Below the pieces are notes generated by a model. The model saw only the letters and a list, made by a program, of their open reading frames with translations, had not been told where the DNA came from and did no database searches. This document shows, one piece after another, positions 8,715-16,535 of a stretch of DNA of 40,347 nucleotides (within the stretch, counting starts at the first letter, position 1; each line of letters starts with the position of its first letter). This DNA is from Anaerolineae bacterium (GTDB lineage: Bacteria; Chloroflexota; Anaerolineae; B4-G1; SLSP01), in NCBI GenBank assembly GCA_016926915.1, contig JAFGNR010000228.1, positions 1 to 40,347 on the forward strand, read 5' to 3'. The translations under genes and the position numbers were made by a program.

Positions 8715-9148
8715 TGGGGACGCGCGTCGTCGAGTACCAGGACAGCAAGTTAAAGGTGCGGCTTGTAGTGCAAGAGGCCAATGCCTTGATTGGCATGCGG
8801 CGGGCGCTGCTGCGGGGGGGAGCGGAAGGCTACCTGAAAATCCAGGAGGCCCAGATTGAGGGCGAGCGACCTAAGAGTGTCAAACTCGCGGCATTGCGAC
8901 TGGTGGCGCGTATGCAGTATCCTGATCTGCTGGCAGCGACAGTCGAGGCCGAGGGGGTGGACCCAGAGATGGAGATCGAGTCGTTCCTCGATCTTCCTGA
9001 TCGGCTGGTCATTGCCTGGGAGAATGCGGTCTACGAGTTGAATCCGCACTGGCTAGGGCTCGAGCCTGGCGAGGCCCAAGGGAACGAGGATGAGGCGGCT
9101 CAAAAAAAAGGCGGCAGGAAAGGCGGCGCGACGTCCGGAGTTGGTTGA
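8714..9148 (+). CDS. Tail assembly chaperone (G-like)
   Basis: Follows the tail tube; slippery A8 run near its 3' end. Confidence 0.75.
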   Translation: MGTRVVEYQDSKLKVRLVVQEANALIGMRRALLRGGAEGYLKIQEAQIEGERPKSVKLAALRLVARMQYPDLLAATVEAEGVDPEMEIESFLDLPDRLVIAWENAVYELNPHWLGLEPGEAQGNEDEAAQKKGGRKGGATSGVG

Positions 9149-9387
9149 TCGAACACAATCGGATGCTGAAGGAGTACCGCGAGGCTGATTCGCTGGAGGA
9201 TGACGACAAGTGGTTTCTCTGCCGGCCTGAGGAGTCGTTCGGTCTGTGGAAGTTGTGCGAGTCCTTTGAGTGGCGCTTTTTGCCGTTTCCGGGGTCGCTG
9301 GTGGAGCAACCAGAATGGTTTCTCAAGGACATGGCGACATTGAACTGGCTCAACCGCATAGTGCGTCGGGATTTGGGCATGAAGTAG
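9101..9387 (+). CDS. -1 frameshift extension of the tail chaperone (GT-like)
   Basis: CAA AAA AAA GG at 9101-9111; the -1 frame stays open (RRQERRRDVRSWLIEH...) to stop 9387; LPFPGSLVEQPEWF motif. Confidence 0.75.
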
Positions 9388-9418
9388 GCAGGCGCGGGGC
9401 GTGAGTCTCGCGCCTGTT
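9387..9418 (+). terminator. Hairpin after the chaperone, weak terminator or processing site
   Basis: GGCAGGCGCGGG / CTCGCGCCTGTT stem with a poor U-tail. Confidence 0.35.
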
Positions 9419-9425
9419 GTGTGTG

Positions 9426-9439
9426 ATTTCCCGGGAAAT
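9426..9439. promoter_or_regulatory. NBS-like palindrome copy 1 (ATTTCCCGGGAAAT)
   Basis: Perfect 14-bp palindrome, intergenic, just upstream of the RBS of the next gene. Confidence 0.7.
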
Positions 9440-9454
9440 GTCGCGGGAGGTGGG

Positions 9455-10009
9455 ATGAAGATCAAGATTGGATTGGTGAGGCAAGAGCGCTGGCGGGCTT
9501 GGTGGCGGGAGTTGGAGAACATCGGGCTGCTCAGTAATCGCGAGGCGGAGATTGTTGCTGACACGGCGCGGAGGGGCATCGCGGCAAACTTTGAGAGGGA
9601 GGCGGCGCCCAGCGGCCTCCCTTGGGTTCCACTGCGACCTATGACGCAGGCGGAGCGCGCCCGGGGCATCGATGAACGCGGGATTCCCTTCCGCGTGGGG
9701 CGTCAGCATCCAATCTTGAAACGTACCGGAGATCTCAAGGAGTCGTTCACCAATCCTCGGCATCCCCGGAATGTGACTGTCTTTGTTCGCGCGATAGGCA
9801 CGACGTTGTTGGTGCTGTCGGCGAAGGATGATCCACGGACACCAGATCGCATTCGTCGGCTGCATGCCGGCGGGATGACGGATGCGTTCCGCTACGTTCC
9901 ACCTAGACCGTTCATTGGTCTATCGGAACAAGCCACGGCGCAGGTGGAGTCGCAGGCGCGGCAGGTCGTGTATCAGCGAGCTGCGCGGCTTAATCGTAGA
10001 ACAGCATGA
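9455..10009 (+). CDS. Phage virion morphogenesis protein (Mu gpG/tail S-like)
   Basis: GGAGGT RBS; F..E..P.G.PW.PL...T, ILKRTGDL..S, H.GG and PPRPFIG motifs. Confidence 0.8.
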   Translation: MKIKIGLVRQERWRAWWRELENIGLLSNREAEIVADTARRGIAANFEREAAPSGLPWVPLRPMTQAERARGIDERGIPFRVGRQHPILKRTGDLKESFTNPRHPRNVTVFVRAIGTTLLVLSAKDDPRTPDRIRRLHAGGMTDAFRYVPPRPFIGLSEQATAQVESQARQVVYQRAARLNRRTA

Positions 10010-10127
10010 TGATGGCGCAGGCGACCATCACGATGGTCAACCCGGCCAGGAACGCGATGGTGGTGATGCGTTCGGCGACTTTGAGGCGTTTGAGGAAGCG
10101 GTCGAGTTTGCTGTCATCTTCCGACAT
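9990..10127 (-). CDS. 45-aa single-pass membrane protein (moron; not in the ORF track)
   Basis: MSEDDSKLDRFLKRLKVAERITTIAFLAGLTIVMVACAIIMLFYD*; AGGAGGT RBS; own promoter. Confidence 0.75.
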   Translation of the reverse strand: MSEDDSKLDRFLKRLKVAERITTIAFLAGLTIVMVACAIIMLFYD

Positions 10128-10162
10128 GGTGTACCTCCTGGCGGTTTAGAGAATACGGGGAA

Positions 10163-10191
10163 ATCGTAGCATGACTGATTTCAAATTGCAA
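10163..10191 (-). promoter_or_regulatory. Sigma70-type promoter of the antisense moron
   Basis: TTGCAA-17 bp-TACGAT with extended TG; overlaps the tape-measure start codon. Confidence 0.6.
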
Positions 10192-13100
10192 ATTTCCATC
10201 GATGGGCGGCAAGCCCAGGTCGAGGCCGGCCGGCTGCGGCAGGTATTGGAGCAAGAGCTGTCGCAGATCGAGGTGTCGGCTACTGGTCTGGATCAGGTCA
10301 GCAAGAAAATGGCGACGCTGCAGAGGACGGCGCGCGGCGTGGGCAAGGCATTGACTGATGGCATGGAGTCGCAATGGGCTAGGATTGACGCCAAGTTGGC
10401 CCAGATTCAGTCGCGCATGACGGGTCTGGTGCGGGCGGGGCGTTCTTCGGTAGATGTATCGGGGGTGGACAGGGCGGTATCGGCTTCGAGTAAGAAGGTG
10501 GTCGATCTCACCAGGAGCGTTGCGGACTTAAATATCGAACTGACGTCTGTTCAGGAGAGGATGTCGGAGCTGGGTAAGATTCCCGTTACTCCACTAGGCG
10601 GCGGGAAGGTGCGATCTTTGTCAGATCTGTTCCGGGGTTTTCAATCTCCTGGAACCAAGGCGTCTATAACACGGAAACTGAAAGCCGTTGAGGAGGAGCT
10701 GCAGAAGGCAACGGTGCGCATTGGCGACGAGGAGGTGAACCTTGTTGAGGCAATCAGCCAACGGCAGCAAGAGGTCATAGCAGAAGCCGAGCAAGCGATA
10801 TCTAGATTAGTACCACAGCTCGACGCCATTAACCAGGCAGTGGAGGAGAAGTTAGCGTTAAAACCTCCCGGTTCGGCCTCCGGCGTTGGTTGGTCGGATG
10901 TGCGCCAGCAGTGGGAGGCGGAATTTGACGCATTACTGCGCGAGCGGGAGGAGATCGCACAGGAGCTGGGCGAGGCACGGTCTCTAAAACTAACCGGCGG
11001 CGCGGATGAGCTGCGGCAAGAGCTTGAACGCCGGCGGCGCGAGTTGGAAGAGCCATTACGTGAAGACATGACGTTCTGGAGCGAGTGGTCTTCGAAGAAC
11101 GTCTCAGCGGTAGCGCAGGCATTACGGGCTTCCGGACAAAGTCAGGCCGCGGCGGGCCTGGAACAACTGGAGAGCCTTCTGGAGCAACAACGGCGACTCA
11201 AGCGACAATTGATAAAAGATGAGGGGGCGCTGGAGGCCGGCAGCCAGATGGAGTTACCCGGAGATGCCAAGGGTACGCTCGTGGACATGGTGGCGGCTGA
11301 GCGAGCACTGGGTGAAGCCACGAAACCAACCACCGAGGCGCTGTCAGCGCAGGCCACGGTGCTCTTACGCGTAGTTCGTCGACTAGACGAAGCCCGGCTG
11401 GCGGCTGAGGGCCTGAGCAAGGCCGAGCGGGAAGCCGTCAACAAACTTGAGGCGGCGGCCGGCGAGGAGATCCGCAGCCAGGCGAAGTCTAACGTTCCAT
11501 TGGAGGATACCGGCGCACTGTCAAGGAGCGTCTTGCAGCGCTTGGCTCAGGAAGTCCAGGCGACGACCACGGCCATGCAGGAGGCGCTCGACAAGCCAAT
11601 TACAGCCGGGGCAGAGATGCAGGCGCAGGGCTTGCTGCGGGTCTGGGAGTGGATCGCCGACAAGCTGGTCGGGCATTCGGTCATACCGGAAATGGTACAA
11701 GACATTAATCTCTGGCTGGCAAAGATCAACTACACACCAGAGCAAGATCCCTTTGCCGAGATAGCGCTGGATGCAGAGGACGCGGCTACGCGAGTTGTTG
11801 CGGCTTTTAAGGGGCTGGCTCAGGGAATGGGAAGTGCGCAGGTTGCGGAGCGCATTCGTGATTTACAAGAGGAGATCTCGCATCTCAACGCACAAGCTAT
11901 GAGCATGTTCGTCAAGGTGGGGGGGAAGGCCGACGCTCGTTACATGGCTTTGTACAATGAGGCGGTGGCTGAGGCTCGTCGCATGCGCGAAAACAACGAG
12001 GATGACGAGGCGATGTTCGCCATGGGCTATCTCCCTAGAGGATTCGGCGTGGGGAGCGGAGGGGAGTCTCGTTTCCACAAACCGGGCAAGAGTAAAACAC
12101 GTGAGGGCGTTTACCTCAGCGAAACAGATGACCGTTGGTACAAGGCGGTCTCTACAGAGATCGCCGAGAAGTCGCGTTTGTTTGCCGAGGAGCAGCAACA
12201 GCTTGACCGCTTGAGTGAAGAGATCGTCTCTAAACGTACCCAGATGGCGGTGTTAATCAACGGTCGTATGGAGGAGTTGGCTGGCCAGTTGGAAAACGCC
12301 ACCGACGAGACGACAGCGCAACGCCTCTACGACGAGATGCAGCTTCTTGAAAACGAATACAAGGAAATACCCACACGTCTCCGGGAGTTCGAAGAGCAGG
12401 TAGCCGGAGATGTCCAGAAAGCGCGTGAGCAAGCGACCGCTGCTGCGCGAGCTTATGAGCGCTCTCCAGAAGGCAAGGCAGCTGTATACGACCACAAGGC
12501 TGCTTCTCAGGAACGTATCGAGGCAGCCAAGGCTGAACGGGCAATGGTCACCCAGGAAGCCAGGGCGGCAGCACAGGCGCGGATCGAGGAAGAAAAACGC
12601 CTTACAGCGGAATCAGTAGCAGCCTCAAAGCGACGTTTAGCTCAAGACGAGGCTGAACAACGTCGCTTGACCAGCGACACTGAAGCCGGTAATCGGGCCA
12701 AGCAGGCCCAGAAAGTCGAGGCCGCCAAGCGGGTCACGTTGAAAGCAAGGGCGCAGCGGCAAGCGGAGATTGAGGAAGAGAAGCGGGCTACGCTCGATGC
12801 AGTTGCGGCGGCCAAGGAGCGAGAGCAGGTTGCTAAGCAGGAGACGGAGACGGTAAAGCAGCGGGCCATCTTGCTGCGGGCTGAGGCAGCAGAGGTGAAA
12901 CGTGTGGCTCAGCTGACCGGCACGGCGCAGCAGCTGGCGGCAGAGTTGGGTCTCAACTGGGATGATGTCCAGGACGAGATGGAGCAATCGGGCGACACCA
13001 TTGATACTGTGGTGGGTCGCCTGCGCCGGGCTTATGAGGAGCAGCGGCGCATCAGGCGCGAGGCCAACGATTCGGAGGGTAGTTACCGGGGCGTCTATGG

Positions 13101-16100
13101 TTGGGTGCGTAAATTCGCTAACGAGTTGAACGAGGCGCGCCAGAAAACTCAAGGTCTGACGCAGTTCGCCAACGATCTGGACCAGATCGGGCGCGCCGGG
13201 CAGTTCCAGGTGACGGCCATGCTCGGCTCGCTCACGTTGGCGGCGCGTGATTACGTAGACTACGCTCAGGAAGTCGCCAACGCCAGCCGGGCCTTGCTGC
13301 TAGATCCGGAGCTGACCCGCGAGTTGGAGAACCAGGTCGCGCTATCGTCAGCCGATTTTGCACTTCTGGACCCCAGCGAGACGGCGCAAGGCGTGACCGT
13401 CTGGGCGCAGGCCACCGGGCAGTTGATCGAGGATACCGACGATCTGCAAGCTATGCTGAAGCAAACGCTGCCAGTGCAGCAACTGGCGGCGTTATCCAGC
13501 GAGAATATCGGGCAAGTTACCGAGGGTGTGGCTGCGGCGCAGGGGCAGTTTAATCTGCGTATGGAGGACACGAATCGGATTGTGGCGGTCTTCGCGCAGG
13601 TGGCGGACAACACGATCGCGTCGGTCAGCAGTGTTTCTGATGCGTTTACCTACGTGGGACCTCAGGCCCAGAACATGGGTGAGGAGATCGAGGATGCGGC
13701 TGCGGTGCTCACGTCGCTGGCCAACGCCGGCATCGAAGGTTCGATGGCGGGTACATCATACCGCATGATGTTGGTGCAGATGTCGCGCCAGACGAAGGTG
13801 GCCCAGTCTGCTCTGCAAGAGCTCTTCGGGACGGTGGAGAATCCGTTCTTTGACGATGACGGCCGGTTTATCGGGATGGCCGAGGCTATCGATAAGCTGG
13901 CGGCGGCTACCGAGAACATGACGGAAGAAGAGCGGTCGCTGGCGCTTTCGCAGATTTTCGACTCGCGGGCGTTGACATCGGTGAATGCGTTGCTCGATGA
14001 GCAGGTTGAGGGGCGGAAGCGGGGTATCAATGTGCTCCGGGCCCAAGCGAAGCTAGCGCGGGGCATTGTGGACGAGGAGACGCAAGCCTACGGCGAGATG
14101 AAGCAGGACCTTCAGGGGGTCACGGTGGCGCAGCTGGGCGCGGTGGATCTGTGGGAGGAGAAGCTTGCTAACTGGGAGGAGAGTGACGTGCATCGCGTGC
14201 GGCAAGCCGAGATGCGCTGGAAGGCATTCTGGTTGGCGTTGGGAGCGAATACGCTGGATGCGGTCATGCCGGCGCTGGATGCCGGTTCGCGGATTCTGGA
14301 GAAGTTCACCCGGTGGATGCAAGACGATCCGGTAGCGGGGCGGCTGACAGGTACGGCTGTGGTGGCGTTGTTAACAGCTGGCGGTATTGCAACTGTGGTG
14401 CGGGCGGTGGGGCTGACGGTGCGCGGGATTGCGGCGTTACAGGCTTTATCGAAAGCCTGGCAGGCGACGATGGCGGCGCAGCAGACGGCGGGGACGACGT
14501 TTAATGCGACGGTGACGGCGGCCGGTGAGCAGTTTGCGGCGTTGGTGACGCAGGCGGCGCAGACGGCAGCGGCGACGGAGCAGGCCGGCGCGGAAGTGGA
14601 GACGGCTACCGAGGTGGCGGGGGGCGAGGTGGAAACGGCGACCGAAGTCGCCGGGGGGAAAGCGGAGACGGCTATCGAGATTGCGGGGGCGCAGGTGGAA
14701 ACGGCCACGGAGGTGGCGGGTAGCGGCGTCGGCGCGGCGGCGGCCGGTGGGGCTACCGCCGCGGGCGGTGCGGCTGCGGCGGCCAGTGGGGGGACGTTGG
14801 GCCCGTTGGCGTTGGCGCTGAGCGGTTTCCTGGCCGGGGGCCTGGGGCATGAGGCGCTATCGCGGACCCGGTTTGGCAAGGCGCTGGGGATGCAGGAGGG
14901 GACGGCCGGCAAGGCGTTGTCTATCCTGGCCTACGGGGCCGGGATGATCTTCAACCGCGAGGACGAGTGGGCAGAGGCGGTGGCGCGGTTCACGGGAGTG
15001 ATCGACGATGGCGCAGACGAGGTCGACGATTCACTGGGTTCTCTGGCGGACTCGTGGCGTGGTTACAATACGCTCGCCGCGATGGGGCTATCGGGCGGCG
15101 GGGCGTCTTATGGTATCTACCCTACTCCGGATTCCGGCGCCTGGTTGACGGACAAACAATCGTCGGCGGTGGAGGCTTATGAGGACTATCTCAAACAGCA
15201 TGCGCAGGCGGTTAAGGATTACAACAAGCAAATCGCGCAGCTGGGTGAGGATTTGGAATCTGAGCTGTCTGAGTTGCGGACTAACTACGAGGCGCAGCGC
15301 AGTGAGTTGACCGGCGACTATCACCAGGCGATGGCCAAGGCTGAGGAGGCGTATCACCGGGAGCGGCAACAGGCGCTAGAGGATCACCAGAAGGAAATGC
15401 GACGCATGGAAGAGGACCACTACATGACGTTGTGGGACTTGTCCATTGATCGGGATGCAGCGGGTCTCTACAAAGAGAAGCAGCGCTATGCAACGGAAAC
15501 CCGCCGGGCGGCGGAGGATTTCAACGACGACCAAGCACGGCGAGCTGAGGAGTTCCAACGGGAACAGGCGGCTCGGCAGGAAGAGTACACGCAGCGACTA
15601 GCAGAATTGCAGGAGGAGTACGCGCGTGAGCGGGCGGAGACGTTGCAGGCATACGCCCAGCGGAAGGCTGATCTGGCAGAGCAGCATCGCGAGGAATTGG
15701 TCGAGATGCGGCAGGCGGCTTACGAGAAGATACGCGATATCCAGGGGTATAACGCGCTGGAGCGGGCTACCATGAACCGGCATCAGCAGGCGCTGCTGCG
15801 GGATATGGGTCTTTGGCTCCAGAACAACCATCGCTTGTGGCAAAACTACGTGAAGAATCTCCCTACTCCACAGTATTCGCGGACGATTCGAGGACGCGCG
15901 CGGGCGGCCGGCGGGTACGCGGGTTTTGGCGTTTATACACTCGGCGAGGCGGGGCGGGAGTTCGTGCTCAATGCTAACACCACACAGCGACTGGAACAGC
16001 AGGTTGGTGGACCACTCACGCAGGGGAACGTGGGACGCGGAGGCGGGATTACGATCCAGGCATCGTTCACGGGGATGGGCTCGCCGGACCGGGCATGGTT

Positions 16101-16158
16101 CGAGACGCGGTTGCAGGACTTCGGGCGTGAGTTGGCCAAGATGATCGAGGTTTCGTGA
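10171..16158 (+). CDS. Tail tape measure protein (TP901-type core)
   Basis: 1995 aa, helical and Ala/Glu-rich; core motif AFTYVGPQA...LANAGIEGSMAGT...FFDDDGRFIGM; C-terminal RAAGG...LGEAGREFVL. Confidence 0.93.
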   Translation: MTDFKLQISIDGRQAQVEAGRLRQVLEQELSQIEVSATGLDQVSKKMATLQRTARGVGKALTDGMESQWARIDAKLAQIQSRMTGLVRAGRSSVDVSGVDRAVSASSKKVVDLTRSVADLNIELTSVQERMSELGKIPVTPLGGGKVRSLSDLFRGFQSPGTKASITRKLKAVEEELQKATVRIGDEEVNLVEAISQRQQEVIAEAEQAISRLVPQLDAINQAVEEKLALKPPGSASGVGWSDVRQQWEAEFDALLREREEIAQELGEARSLKLTGGADELRQELERRRRELEEPLREDMTFWSEWSSKNVSAVAQALRASGQSQAAAGLEQLESLLEQQRRLKRQLIKDEGALEAGSQMELPGDAKGTLVDMVAAERALGEATKPTTEALSAQATVLLRVVRRLDEARLAAEGLSKAEREAVNKLEAAAGEEIRSQAKSNVPLEDTGALSRSVLQRLAQEVQATTTAMQEALDKPITAGAEMQAQGLLRVWEWIADKLVGHSVIPEMVQDINLWLAKINYTPEQDPFAEIALDAEDAATRVVAAFKGLAQGMGSAQVAERIRDLQEEISHLNAQAMSMFVKVGGKADARYMALYNEAVAEARRMRENNEDDEAMFAMGYLPRGFGVGSGGESRFHKPGKSKTREGVYLSETDDRWYKAVSTEIAEKSRLFAEEQQQLDRLSEEIVSKRTQMAVLINGRMEELAGQLENATDETTAQRLYDEMQLLENEYKEIPTRLREFEEQVAGDVQKAREQATAAARAYERSPEGKAAVYDHKAASQERIEAAKAERAMVTQEARAAAQARIEEEKRLTAESVAASKRRLAQDEAEQRRLTSDTEAGNRAKQAQKVEAAKRVTLKARAQRQAEIEEEKRATLDAVAAAKEREQVAKQETETVKQRAILLRAEAAEVKRVAQLTGTAQQLAAELGLNWDDVQDEMEQSGDTIDTVVGRLRRAYEEQRRIRREANDSEGSYRGVYGWVRKFANELNEARQKTQGLTQFANDLDQIGRAGQFQVTAMLGSLTLAARDYVDYAQEVANASRALLLDPELTRELENQVALSSADFALLDPSETAQGVTVWAQATGQLIEDTDDLQAMLKQTLPVQQLAALSSENIGQVTEGVAAAQGQFNLRMEDTNRIVAVFAQVADNTIASVSSVSDAFTYVGPQAQNMGEEIEDAAAVLTSLANAGIEGSMAGTSYRMMLVQMSRQTKVAQSALQELFGTVENPFFDDDGRFIGMAEAIDKLAAATENMTEEERSLALSQIFDSRALTSVNALLDEQVEGRKRGINVLRAQAKLARGIVDEETQAYGEMKQDLQGVTVAQLGAVDLWEEKLANWEESDVHRVRQAEMRWKAFWLALGANTLDAVMPALDAGSRILEKFTRWMQDDPVAGRLTGTAVVALLTAGGIATVVRAVGLTVRGIAALQALSKAWQATMAAQQTAGTTFNATVTAAGEQFAALVTQAAQTAAATEQAGAEVETATEVAGGEVETATEVAGGKAETAIEIAGAQVETATEVAGSGVGAAAAGGATAAGGAAAAASGGTLGPLALALSGFLAGGLGHEALSRTRFGKALGMQEGTAGKALSILAYGAGMIFNREDEWAEAVARFTGVIDDGADEVDDSLGSLADSWRGYNTLAAMGLSGGGASYGIYPTPDSGAWLTDKQSSAVEAYEDYLKQHAQAVKDYNKQIAQLGEDLESELSELRTNYEAQRSELTGDYHQAMAKAEEAYHRERQQALEDHQKEMRRMEEDHYMTLWDLSIDRDAAGLYKEKQRYATETRRAAEDFNDDQARRAEEFQREQAARQEEYTQRLAELQEEYARERAETLQAYAQRKADLAEQHREELVEMRQAAYEKIRDIQGYNALERATMNRHQQALLRDMGLWLQNNHRLWQNYVKNLPTPQYSRTIRGRARAAGGYAGFGVYTLGEAGREFVLNANTTQRLEQQVGGPLTQGNVGRGGGITIQASFTGMGSPDRAWFETRLQDFGRELAKMIEVS
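14578..14721 (+). repeat. Degenerate 33-bp (11-aa) tandem repeat within the tape measure
   Basis: EQAGAEVETAT/EVAGGEVETAT/EVAGGKAETAI/EIAGAQVETAT/EVAG. Confidence 0.8.
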
Positions 16159-16535
16159 TGGGCAACTATCGCATTGGGAGTGCATATCCCCTGGACAGTA
16201 GCGATCTGTGCGTGACGCGGTTCGGCGTTGATCCGCGCAGCACGTACAGCCCAGGAGCTGAAAGTAAGCATACGCTAGACGGTACGCTGGCGTATGTGGG
16301 CTATCCACGTTCGACGTGGCAATTTGCGTCGTTGACCATCGCGCAGTGGTCAGCGCTGAAGACACTCGCCAGCGGCTATTCGGGTACGGTCTACGTCGAA
16401 ACGCGCGACGATGATGATACTTGGAACTCCTGGCTGGCGATCTTGCGCTTGCCAGATCCGGCGTCGTTGAACCGGTGGGGCGGGAAGTATCTCGACGTCT
16501 CACTGGAGCTGATCTTGATTGAGGAACAGACGTGA
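16158..16535 (+). CDS. Putative distal tail protein
   Basis: Directly after the tape measure (TGATG overlap); about 125 aa. Confidence 0.6.
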   Translation: MGNYRIGSAYPLDSSDLCVTRFGVDPRSTYSPGAESKHTLDGTLAYVGYPRSTWQFASLTIAQWSALKTLASGYSGTVYVETRDDDDTWNSWLAILRLPDPASLNRWGGKYLDVSLELILIEEQT

